A stretch of 64,000 bases of DNA, from NCBI GenBank assembly GCA_963693365.1, contig CAVNZM010000004.1:6857093-6921092 (forward strand), written 5' to 3'. The translations under genes were made by a program, and so were the position numbers. Numbering within the stretch: the first letter of the stretch is position 1; every line of letters begins with the position of its first letter. This DNA is from Amoebidium appalachense. Taxonomy: Eukaryota; Protista; Ichthyosporea. Shown piece after piece: positions 35,922 to 48,187 of the stretch. The notes below the pieces were generated by a model. It was not told the origin of the DNA and did no database searches. It was given only the letters and a program-made list of their open reading frames with translations.

Positions 35922-36360
35922 TACAAGGCATGCACATTCCTCCTAAGCACCCCAATTTATGGCAAGGCCCCAGCAAATGAAACAATTGGCATCTTGCGCA
36001 GGGATGCCCAGGCTCAAGATTGCCGATTTGGGGCTCTCTGTCAGTCTACGAGACGACAAAGACTACTACAGTAAGCCGTTGGGAGGTGGGTGCTCACGTA
36101 TAATATCCTGTGTCTGTTCCCCCTACTCTGGGCCGGTTGTGAAGCTGATATGTCGGGAAACTGGCAGTATAGGTAACACGATCATGCTCTAGCCAGTATA
36201 CGGGTACCTTTTTCCTATCTTTTTGTGCTCATGTTTGCAGATGTGTGTGTGCGATGTAAGTGGGTGTGTGTGTGTGTCTGTGTGGTGTGTCTGTGTGGGT
36301 GGGTGGACTGGCGTGTGTGGTGTGTGTGTGTGTGCGCGCGCGCGCGCGTGCATGTTGTTG

Positions 36361-36399
<39 letters not shown>

Positions 36400-37335
36400 A
36401 CAGGGGCTGCAGTGACGGGACTGACTGAGGGGCTGGGCGCAGGTGCTCTCCCACGACCACCGGCCTCCGTCATGCGGCTGCCAAGGCCCCAGGGCTGCAG
36501 CGAGGTGAGCACTGGCTGCTGGCATTGCCCCTACTTGCAAGTAGTGTGAATTGGGTAGATATGGTAGGGGGGGAGGAGGGGGCGGGGCATATGCGGGGGA
36601 AGCTTTGCATGAACCAATAAGTGGCCCACACAGGCCCTGTACAAGATCCTGCTGGACTGCTAGGAGTGGGAGGCCCACAGGCAGCCCACGTTCAAAATGC
36701 TGAGCACCATGCTGGCCGACCTGTTTGGCGCCCACTGCTGCCCCCATGTGGCTGCCTGCCATGTCAGCGTGCAGGTAGGGTGTATTGGTGTGTGGGGGGG
36801 GCTGGGGCTGGGGCTGGGGCTGGGGTGGGTGGGTGGGTGGGTGGGTGGGTGGGTGGGTGGGTGTGTATCAAACAAGGATACAGGTAGTATTAAGGGAAAG
36901 TTTTGCTTTCAACAAGATTTGAGACATGCACAAACACTACCGCGGTCTCCACCCACACCTCCAAGAAGCAAGTTGGTGATTGGTGGGTAGGTAGGTCGGT
37001 GGATGTCAGTGAACGTATGTGTGTGCTTATGTGCCCTCTATTAGGACCACACCATACTAATTTATTGCTATGCCAAGAATCAGGTATTGACAACTAGGGT
37101 GTTCGTGGGGCTTGTTGGAAACCTCTGGTTGGGCGTACGCCTCTGTGCTAGCAGTCAGGCCCCCTGTAGCAGGAAGTTGTGCTTGTGTGTGTGACCAGCC
37201 ACGCTTGACACAGAGCTTCTAGGCAGCAATCAATCGAACAGTGTAGCTTGGCCCTGATAAAGAGTTACTAGCAGATTGATATCCCTCTTACCCACCACCC
37301 ATCCCACAACACACACAACGCCCGCAAGCGCGCGC

Positions 37336-37384
<49 letters not shown>

Positions 37385-38256
37385 AGGGGCCCACGGACTG
37401 TGTTTTGGAGGAGGCTCTTGGCTTGTGTGCCGAGGGGGCCAGCTGTGAGCCGTGCCAGAGTTGGCGCCAGACTCTTGGGCCAAAGAGCCAGGGCAAGAGT
37501 CCGATGAAATCCACTCCAGCAAATACATCAATGTCTCTCCCTGATTGTATGGTTTTTTCCCTTGTCTTCCTTTCCTCCCTCTTTCCCAAGCTCCCTGCCC
37601 TGACCTCAAGGGTGCAGTAGATGTACATTAGAGGCTTTTTTTTGTCCTGCCCCTCCCCCCTCCCCCCTCCCCCCTCCCCTCCCATCTCCCCCATCCCCCA
37701 TCCCTCCCTCCCTCCCTCCCTCCCTCTCTCCCTCCCTCCCTCCCTCCCCGCCCCACAGCCGCTTTCAGTCTCTTTGAGCTCCTCATGCATTCTTCCCAGC
37801 TCAATAATTGGATGAATGTATACACGAATATGAATAAATTTGTCTTAAATCGTCTTATTACATTGGCCCAGCTGGGAATCCAGGCACCCTGTTATAACCA
37901 GGCTTGACGCTGGATGTCAAATACGATTCTTTAGTACCGGTGTATGTGTGTGTGCATGTTTGTGGGTGTGAATACGTCTGAATGTGTGTTTGGTCCCTGC
38001 AAGTGAGTGTACGTTTGGTTGTGTATGAGGGGCCCGACTCTGATAGTTATAACTATTATGGTATGAATAATTCACGGCAATGTGCAACAGCCCGAATGTC
38101 AACGAAGTAAACGGCATTGACAATGAGTCACAGGAATATTGGTTCGATTGATTGGAATATTTACACGGTAGGAATAATTACACGGTGTACAGAAGTGTTA
38201 CACCGTGTATCAAATAAACAACTATGAAACGGCCCAGACACATGCTCTGGTCTTAG

Positions 38257-38291
<35 letters not shown>

Positions 38292-38560
38292 ACCACCACC
38301 ACCACCACCACCCACCCACCCACCCAACCACCCAACCACCTCAAAGCTTTCCGGCCCGCGTGTAGACGTCTCAAGTAAAAATCAGGCTCATACATTCATT
38401 ACCTCTATTTCACAGTCAAACCCTTTCCCAACACCAACACGTGCACCAGGATCGACTGCTCGACCTGTCCTGCAGCCTTCAGCGAAAGCAAAGGGGCTCT
38501 AGTATGATGTGCATCGCCGCCCGAGGGGTTGGCGTTTGTGCGTGTGTGTGCGCGCGCGCT

Positions 38561-38591
<31 letters not shown>

Positions 38592-39699
38592 GGGGGGGGA
38601 TAATGCCATAGGTGAACATATAAAGCTAAGGCTGGAGAGGGCTCGGTGATGATATTTGGCCTAGAAGAGATTTCTTATCGGAATTTGAATGATTGATCGT
38701 TTATGTTCAAGCCCAGCACGGTGACACCATGCCTGCCCTTGAGGTGCTTTACCATCTTCTTCCTGGCCGGCACCCACATTGTGTGCCTGTGTACACGGGA
38801 TGACTAATATTCCTATTATAGATTAGTTGTTTTATAAATGCTATACGGAATGCCCCCCCCCCCCCCCCCCCCCCCGTCACGGTGCCGGTTAATTGATTTT
38901 GCAATTGAAGAAGATGCCCCCCCCCCCCCCCCCCCCCCCCCCCGTGACCTGGCCGCCCTGGGCCCGAAAAGTAAAGATAAATAAACCCTATTTCCAAAGT
39001 ACCCATGGTCCAAATTTCAGTCACCTCCCGGTACGACATGTGTTGGGGGCAGAAGAGCAGAGACCCTGTCATTGGCTGCCAGCCAGGATTGCTCAAACGG
39101 CAAATAGTGCAGGGGTGCAGCGAAAACCGGCAGGGTTCAATAAATGTGGATAACTATGTATTTGCATGCCTTCAAGGCCATGTATTAATTACAAAACAAA
39201 GACGCACGGGGCTCTTTGATTCCATGTAACCGCCCATAGAAAGTCATGTTGCCCCTGATGGAGTCTAGAAACAACGGCCAACAAATACTATTTAGCACAA
39301 GAGCAACAGAGAGGCCGGGCACACACACCTGGTGTATGCTAGTTAAGTTGTAAGCCTAGTAGAAGTTAAGGCTTTATGCCTACATAAGTTGTAAGCCTAG
39401 AAGTTATGTTGTATATCTAGATAATTTGTGTAAACAGAGGTATGTTATGCGGCATTGCCTACAAGTACATGGCCATTGACTACGGCCTGAAAGATAAAGG
39501 TGACCGACTAACACCTTGGGGGCTGAAGCTATAGCAAAGTCAACCAACTGCTTGTTTGGGATCTGTACTATGTGGATGGCATGCAAGAAATGCTTACGCA
39601 GGTTCAAGGCAAGCAGGAGAGAAAGATAGAGTGGAGGGTTTTCTAGAAAAGAATACAAAGTACGTACATATAGATGCTCTGAAAGTCAAAACATAATGG

Positions 39700-39748
<49 letters not shown>

Positions 39749-39811
39749 AAAGACATTATTGAACGGCAGATCTATATTTGGAATAACATACACATGCACG
39801 CTATCACACCG

Positions 39812-41699
39812 CTACACCTCCATAGCCTCGTCCCCCGCATTGACGACATCATATTCGTCTCTGTCCTGCACCAGTGCTTGCAAGGTCTTTGCTGCTGGCT
39901 GCGCCACCGCCGGGGCGGGCTTTGGTGTTGTGGGATCAAAGACCTCGTATGTGTCGTGCCCACTGGCCCTAGGGGCAGCATTGGCCAGCACTAGGTAGTT
40001 GCCTTCCATCTCACTGGGCTTGCCCACTGCACAATTAAGGAAAGTCAACACAGGGAGGGTGCACACCATACCAAACAGAACATGCAGCACAAAACATGGT
40101 AGAACACACATAATTCAAGCATGCACACACGAGGCAGGCACGCATATGGGTCAAAACACACAGCTCAGGCATGCATACAGGGGCCAGGCACGTCCATGGG
40201 TCAAAACACACACACCCCAAGCATGCACACAGGGGGCAGGCACGTACATGGGTCTTGCAGCTTCTTTGCAGGCTTCCTTGTGTCCTCGACTATGATTGCC
40301 ACCCTGTCGCTGTGTGCCTGGTTGCTGGCCGGGCTGTCCTCAGCCTCCTCCGTGCTGACCACCACATCGTAGCCCCCATCATTGGCCCCCTTGGCCTTGC
40401 TGCACTGTGCCCCCTCATATGTCTGTGCACACACACACCCATCAGCACCCACACACCCATCCCATGCAAGATTTAATTCTTTAAATTCTATGTATTTAGC
40501 GCTGGATATTTTCATCTTATGGATCGTGGCAGGCTTTAGAGAAAGAGAAGAGGACAGATGGTAACGAATCCTGGCATGCATGCCTGCACCTATGCACCCC
40601 TGCATGCACCCTGTGTGCCAACACTTACCAGCCTCTTGACGGTCTTGCCGGGCACCAAGCCAAACCCTTGATGCGGGATGACCAGGCCCCTCCTTGGGTC
40701 TGCCACCGTGTTATAGTCGTCTGCCTCGTCTTCCTCTGGCCGGGTGGGGCTGTAGGCCAGCACATAGTCACGCAGCTGTTCGGGGGTGAACCCATATGCA
40801 AGTGCTGCCTGCAAAAAACAAAATATGCGAGTCAGCGTCCAGCACACACAGACACCACAGCACCACCGAGGCAAATTTGCCTCCCACGCACCTGCACGCA
40901 GCAGTATACACCGTGCACATTTGGTGCGCCCGGGTACAGCTCCCTAGCCTCCTCCCTGATCTTGTCCATGTCCACATATCCGTCCTGGTCCTCCTCGTGC
41001 TTCTTGGCCCCCTCAGAGCACACACTCAGTGCACTGCTGCTGATGCTGACCCGTGCATCCCCCAGTGGTGCCTCCCCAAGGAACATATCCCCTAGGTGCC
41101 GCAGGAGTTCAACAAACAGGGGGCGCTGGTCTGCCGCCTTCTCCCAGCACGTGCGCATGAGCCAGTAGGCACGGTCGGGGCAGTCTTTGGGCTGCTCGAG
41201 ACGCACACCCTGCGTGCACACACGCTGCAGGGGGCATATGGGTCAGCATATGCTCACACAGACACGCAGAGATGCACACACACAGAAAGAGAGAGAGAGA
41301 GAGAGAGAGAGCACCGCAGGCAGAGGGGCAAGGGCCCATGCCCATTTTGCACGTGCACTTAGGGGCCATGGCTACCTGGTACACGTCCTTGAGCTTGATG
41401 TCCTTGTAGGGCATCTGGCCCCCCGCGAATATCTCCCACATGGTGACCCCAAAGCTCCACACATCACTCTGCTCGGTGAACCGCTGGTGGCTCATGGCCT
41501 CGGGGGCAGTCCAGCGAATGGCCAGCTTGGTCTGCCGTGTGCTGCGATAGTAGTCACTCTCGTTCTTGAGCCGGGACAGCCCAAAGTCGCTGATCTTGAC
41601 AATGGGGTACCCTGCACATGTAAGACGAGCATGGGAATCCATAACTTCCCCCCAATACACGTACCCTTTAGAATCTATAAGCATCGGGTCTGTGTCTGT

Positions 41700-41743
<44 letters not shown>

Positions 41744-41854
41744 CCTCTCTCTCTCTCTCTCTGTGTGTGTGTGCGTGTGTGTGTGCGTGTGCGCGCGTGC
41801 ATGTGCGTGTGTATGTCGTGATGGTGGTGGGTTGAACGGTATGTGTAATTTTTT

Positions 41855-41885
<31 letters not shown>

Positions 41886-42024
41886 GGGGGGATATGTTAC
41901 CGTGTGTTCCAGGCTGGGGCTCACCAAGCAGCACATTTCTTGATGCCAAGTCACGGTGCACAATGCCCTGCATGCTGAGGTAGGCCATGCCCTGTGCAAT
42001 CTGCACCAAAATTAGTCAGCGTCC

Positions 42025-42080
<56 letters not shown>

Positions 42081-42327
42081 ACACACCACACACACACACA
42101 CACAGGGGCGAACAGGCAAAGAACCTACCTGGTGGCAGTACCACAGGCGCTCTGGCAGGGAGACAGGTGCCTTAGCCTCCGTCATGTGGTGGTGCAGGTT
42201 GCCCATGGACATGTACTCAAGAAGAAGATACTTGCTGCCCTCCTCACTCTCAGACAGGCCAAGGTAGCCCACAATGTTCACAAAGTCCATCTGCCGCATC
42301 AGGTCTGCCTCTGCAAGGAACTCCTGT

Positions 42328-42360
<33 letters not shown>

Positions 42361-42528
42361 GTCAGCACATGTGCATACAGCCATTCCAGGCAACTCAGAT
42401 TGCTCTACAGAGTACAACGTTTAAATTCACAGCAGATTTTGCTCTTAGCATGCACTATAAGCAGAGCCCATCCTTACCAGTCTTCTCTTTCTTTCTCCCT
42501 TTTCTTTTTTTTTTTTTTTTTTTTTTGT

Positions 42529-42584
<56 letters not shown>

Positions 42585-43031
42585 ACACTGCCGTGGCCTC
42601 ATTAGACACATTCTTGAGCTCCTTTATAGCAACCAGGGTGTTGATGTTATTGCGGAACAGCGCGCCCCGGTGCACGGCCCCAAAGAAGCCCTCGCCCAGT
42701 TTCTCGAGCACGATGATCTGTTGGCGGGGCACAATGGGGCACTCCCTGCGCACCTCCTCGAACATCTGGTGGGCCGTGGCATAGTCGGCCACGGGGTACT
42801 CGTTGGGGATGCTCTTGGGCCGCATGGCCTCCAGCTCCTTGCGGTGCCGCTGTGCACGCCGCCAGTAGCAGCAGCCCAGCACAAGAAGGGCAAGTACGGC
42901 AGTCACGGCCACAACCACACCAACAATCATCCCTACGTTAGGCCCGTCATCCGTGCCTACAGGTGCCACTGCAAAGGCCAAAAGTTAGTATCCACGTACA
43001 TACACAGGTCCAGCCATGCACCCACCATGCG

Positions 43032-43091
<60 letters not shown>

Positions 43092-44766
43092 ACCCACAGT
43101 GATTGCAGATGCATTAGCCACCTTTACGTTCTGCACCTGCAGGCCCACCAGGGGGGCAGACTTTGAGGGTGCCGCAGCCAGGCCAGCCAGTGCCTGTGCA
43201 TCTGTGTCCCGCAGGCCCACGGTCACTGTGCCCTGGTCGGTGGGCCCAGCAAGCACCTTGACGTGGTCTGGTGTGGTGCCCACAATGTCGGCCAGCTGCT
43301 GTGCAAAGTAGCGCCCATCAAAGGTCGTGCCCGAGGCCACGGCCACAGCAAGCACCACCACCAGCTGCTCACACTGGTTGCCTGTGCGGTAGGTGGGGCA
43401 GGCCTGGCACACGGCATCAGCAGTGGGGGTGCAGGGCTGCGAGGCCACTCCGTCCAGGCAGGCGGCAGTGCTGTTGGTGCATGGCTGGCACTCCTGGCTG
43501 GTGGCGCTGTTGAAGAAGCCATCGGTGCACTGGCCGGGGGGGCATGGCCCGGTGACGTCAGTGGTGCTGCTGCAGGTGGCCATGGACGTGCGGCAGTTGG
43601 GCGCCTGCGGGCACTGTGAGGGAGTTGGTGTTAGCGCCGTGGCGGCAGGGGCAGGAACAAAAATAAAAAAAGATGGGGGGGGGGGGGGGGGGGAGGGGGC
43701 ATTCACCTTCAGGCAGGTGTACTTGTCCTTCCAGAAGAAACCAGGGGCACACTTGTCCTTCTCGCACTCCGAGAACTGGCCCTTGGTGTCGCAGTTGATG
43801 CCGTGCAGTGTGTTGTTGCAGCCCACCACAGGCGGGCAGGCGGCACACAGGCCACCCCCCGATATGTCCGTGTAGTAGGTGGTGGTGCGGTTACACTTGT
43901 CTGCTGGACAGCTTTCAACCACCCGCACAGTGCCGTTGGTGCTTGCCGCCTTTACCACCGTGCAGGGCCCAACCTCAAGGCAGCCCGGCGCCTGCAGATA
44001 CGGCCGTTAGCACCAACCAAGTATGCTCCAAGATGCACACGCACACACACACACCTTGGGGCACTGCACGCACGGGCCCGTGCCAGTAGTGGAGTTGACG
44101 TAGAAGGACGGCAGACACTCGTTGCACACCGGCTCAGGCACGCCGTTGCAAACAGCCCTATTGGCGGCGCAGTTGGGGGCAGTGCAGGGGCAGGCAGCCG
44201 TGCGCAGACCCTGCACAGTGTTTGCCTGTGCATCCACACAGGTGATGCCCACCTTGTCCACGGCAGCAACACCCTCCAAGGCCAAGTTGCTGCAGCAGGA
44301 CAGGCTGTTGTTGTTGAGCTGCACACCTGAGGGCTGCAGTGAGGGCAGGCCGCTGAACATGGCTGTGTCCACAGTGTTCAGCTCGTTGTAGCCCAGGTTG
44401 ATGGTCTGCAGGTTGGCCAGACCAGCAAACAGCTGCACGGGCAGGGACTTGAGGCCATTGCGCACGAGGGAGATGGACTCGACGTTGGTCAGCCCGGAGA
44501 ACACCTTGGGGGGCAGGGTGGCCAGAGAGTTACGCTGTGTCTTCATGGAGTTGAGCTCGCTGCAGGACCACCACTAGGGTCAGTACTCGTGTGTGTGCAC
44601 GCTTGTGCAGTTCATTTCAGTGCATAGAGGAAAAGTCAAACGAGAAATACGTGCAACGTGCTGTGCAAAAGACATATAAGTTTCTTGATTGCAAGTACAC
44701 GCAGTTGATGTACACACAAGTATACACACAAAAATCCGTGCTCCCCACGCCTATGAGGTCACGAAG

Positions 44767-44801
<35 letters not shown>

Positions 44802-44834
44802 TATACACGAACCGGCACCTTCCAAACAAACAAG

Positions 44835-44874
<40 letters not shown>

Positions 44875-44917
44875 AGACCCTATGAGAGCACCTTTCAAAA
44901 CAAGAAAAAAAAAAAGG

Positions 44918-44955
<38 letters not shown>

Positions 44956-45353
44956 GGGGGGGGGGGGCTCCAGGAGGGGGGGGGGGGGTACGACCCTAGC
45001 ACCCATCAAGCCTGTACACCCCTGCAAACGCACACAGCAAGCACCCACATTTTCTTGAGGTACTTCTTGACGTTCGGGTCTTGGAAGGCATTTTCGTTCA
45101 CAGTCGACACACTTGTCTCCAGGTCAAGCAAGCCCCTGCAGGCCCACACAGGCACTGTCAGCACCGTGCGCAGAAACATGAACCTAACCATGCACGGTCG
45201 CTCCAAGGCCATAGCAGGTGGGCGCAAAAGAAGAGCAACAAACGACAGCACAGGCAGAACCCTCTACCCAGACGGATAGATTTCGCGTGATTCGCAGCAC
45301 CAGCCACTTCCCCACCTCCTTTTCTTTTCTTTCTTACTCCCCCCCCCCCCCCC

Positions 45354-45392
<39 letters not shown>

Positions 45393-45943
45393 AGAGGGGG
45401 TGTTTGCACTTATGCCTACTACGCTAACGGTAACATGCTCCATAAGCTCACTGCCTATCTATGGCTGCCTAGACCAAACAACTAAGGAGCCCTGACAGGC
45501 CGAACTACACGTAATACAACGGCCCGATAATGGTTTGGATCCCCTACTGAATTGCCTTCGTGCATGCAGAAATCGCTTGGAAAGGGGGGGGGGGGCTGCC
45601 AATTCTTGCTCGTGTGCACAGGCGCGCACCTGAAAAAAAAAGGAGAAGAAGAGAAGGAAAATTTCATGTGGTCAACCCTGTTTCGCGAAGCATCCAGGGC
45701 CTTGGTGCAGGTATAAAGAAAAATCCACGCGGAAGGCAACGTAGTCTGTACACACAAGCCCCTCCACACACACAGGCACACACACAGGCGCACTTACAGG
45801 GTGGAGCAGGTGTCCGGGTTTGTGGGCAGAGGGCAGGCACAGGCAAGCAGCTCGTAGCCCGTGGGTGTGGCCGTGATACTGCAGCTCAGGCCCAGCGCCA
45901 ACTGGGGTGCCGCCAACACGGCCAGCCCCAACGGCGCCCGCAT
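39812..45943 (-). CDS. Receptor tyrosine kinase: signal peptide, LRRs, Cys-rich repeats, TM helix, TK domain, multi-Tyr tail (about 13 exons)
   Basis: ATG 45943 gives MRAPLGLAVLAAPQLALGLSC (signal peptide). LRRs NSLATLPPKVFSGLTNVESISLVRNGLKSLPVQLFAGLANLQTINLGYNEL (~44055-44560); Cys-rich exons (~43094-43992); TM GMIVGVVVAVTAVLALLVLGCCYWRR; kinase motifs LGEGFFGAV, VAIK, HRDLASRN, KISDFGLS, LAIRWTAPE, SDVWSFGV, CW...RP; stop TAG at 39812. Confidence 0.93.
40118..40255. repeat. ~50-bp tandem repeat overlapping an RTK splice donor
   Basis: GCATGCA.AC.....CAGGCACG...ATGGGTC occurs three times. Confidence 0.8.
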
Positions 45944-48187
45944 ACTGACCCGAGGCCCTGCAAGCAGCTGTCGGCACGGCTAGGCTAGCAGTTGGACACA
46001 AGGACAGGCCTGCTACGAACGCACCGACGAAAAGGCAAAAAAGCCACGTTTAGAAGGTACAATCGCTGTGTGTTCAGAAATTGATTGTAAGCTGGAGCCG
46101 CAGTTTTTTGTGGCCTGAAAATGCTTGGAGAGCAACGGAGTTGGTAGTATTTGGGCAGTTTAGGACTAAATCGTCGCCTATTTACACCGTGCTGCTTGAT
46201 CTTTTTCCCAGCCTCACGAAATTGTAAAGCCCAAGCTTCTAGACAGTTGTGGCAACGATCCCCAATGTCCTGAGTATAAAAAACGGCAGAGGCCTCCCTG
46301 TGGAGTTGTTCCCGTCGAGCCAAAAAAACGAAGAAAAACTACGTGTGCTTACTGCGCTATGCGAGCACCCTGTACCGGTATGCGCCTAGCCTAAACTATT
46401 CAGTTGCGTTTTCGAGGCAGATGTATATGAAGGCTCTGTAATGCCTGTGCTTGTTTGCGTCTTGTGGTTCACCCAAATGGCCTCGTCCTCCCCTGGTAAA
46501 TGTTTCCGTATACCGGCTAACGTGGTACTACGATCACAGGGCTTTATAAAACGGGCGTCACAGGCAGAATGCGCGGCACCAGAACATGAAGACCTGGACA
46601 GTGGACACCTGGTGCAAGATAGATGACTGAAACAGGTCACGTAGGAATGTTGCCGATCAATTGCTGCGCGAACTGATTGGTTCTTACTGAGAGTTCTCGA
46701 GGATCTCCACAAACTTCATACAGTGTGTGCACAGGTGCCACGGCCCACGGTCACAGCTGTGGTGCTGGGTGCATGTGTGTACAGCGAGGGGCTGTGCTGT
46801 TTGTTTTAACTTAATATTGACATACATGTGAGGCTGTGATGAGGGGGCTGCACTAAGGCCAACAATACTTTCACGCAACAAGGTACATATCTATCTATAA
46901 AAATCATCCTATGAAGTGGACTTAGTAAAGTTATGGAATTATTGGAGGGGGATTGGTGTAACAGTCAAAAGAAAAGAAAAAAACGTTACTTTGCTTCCCT
47001 CTTTCTTTTCTCTTCCTGTTTTTTTTGCCTTTTCGAGCTATTACCATACGCAGTGTAAGTTTCTTTCTCGTTCTGATAGAGAAATCAAAGGTAAAACTCA
47101 GTCGGCATGTGTTATGTTCCTTATTTTAGGCAACACCGCACTGATCATTATCGCTTTTTGGGAGCTTTGGCAGCATACCTTTCTCCTGCTGTACCGTATG
47201 GATATTGTAGTAGATAAGTCTGTATGGTGCTCTGATGTTGATATTGCCTGGGAAGTTGTGCAGTGGCGTTGTAATTCTTGTTTTCATCGCCGCTGGTGCC
47301 ACTTTTGTGCTGAACTTTTCAATCGAAAGCATGTTGATAGGTGTGAGTTTTTATGTCGCGTTTTACCTCTTTCCCTACGGGTGTCTGCTACACTGCGGGC
47401 TGGCAATGTGAACACTTTAGACTTTTTGTTGAATTCTGTTGGTCGTCACATTGAGTATTTATATGATTTTCACACAGTGTTCAGGTATCTTAGTATGCAC
47501 TTGTTACTGGATAACTCGTGAAGTTTTTATTGTCTTCTCAGCCTATGCCGTGCATACTTGCATATCTTTCCGTCGAATAAATCCAGTCAAAAGAAAAATG
47601 TTTCTCGGGAATTCTAACCATCATATGATATAATGCAATGTTGCCTGAGGCCCTGAGCCTCTTTCAATCTGTATGTAGCACGTAAATATGAAAAAATAGA
47701 GCCTCGCGTGTGTTTATTTCCCTATTATATTTAGGTCATCGTGCAATCTCACATATGAATTCTGTTACAGAAAACTTCCTATACACATATATTGGAAAAT
47801 GAAAGGAAGGGCTGCACAGTGCGTACTGTAGGGGGAAGTTCGAACCTGACGACAGGCCCCACACATATGCATATGAAGTTGTAGGGGAACCCTCCCGGAC
47901 TAAAGTACTTGCGTATGATTGGCTCTTTCGGCATCCATTAAATCCTGCTATTGGCTTTAGGATGTGTGCAATTACGCGTGCTGATTGGCCACAGTCTGTT
48001 TTTGAGGTTTCAAAAGTGGTTTCAAAACAGCGAAAAAAATCTGTTCGACATCTTTTCGCTTCTTTTGGAGTTGAACGTTGTTCATTGACAAGGTACATAT
48101 ATCATATTAACAAAGTTAACTGTTCAAAGCCCTGGTGCTGTGCCGTGACGTACGAATCACTAGTACAACTGAGTTCGTTGTGAATAC

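Larger units (their letters stand above)
21331..37620 (+). pseudogene. Ankyrin-repeat tyrosine kinase, disabled (about 20 exons)
   Basis: Ankyrin exons: MDAQALARQVAQAAKDGNVDELK (21331), LLVEAGADVNA (~22152), LLDAGADPNA (~23504), VLAHGADPN (~26019), LLRAGADPN (~27044), TPLLHLA...LLSAGADPNLQN (~28764), LLLKGGARLEVQDK (29890), LLRAGADVSK (~30435). Kinase exons: LGCGMGGQ (~32344), VAVK (~32970), HPNV...LVLEYM (~33884), HRDLAARNCL (~35340), KIADLGLS (~36002), DC*EWEAHRQPTF (~36631). Lesions: TAG at 27219, 30489 and 36661; frameshifts at ~29908 and ~33933; a TIR insertion at 33986; no recognisable W-x-APE/SDVWSFG exon. The 3' end is approximate. Confidence 0.8.

Noticed and set aside
27219-36663. 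TAG reassignment (alternative genetic code) to explain the in-frame stops
   Set aside because: The three sites would need different residues (W in the CW motif versus probable Q/E), frameshifts co-occur, and TAG appears to terminate the RTK, SNRK and RT ORFs normally.
46916-47521. 201-aa ORF as a separate gene
   Set aside because: No recognisable domain; it is more likely part of the degraded 5' region of the PLE.
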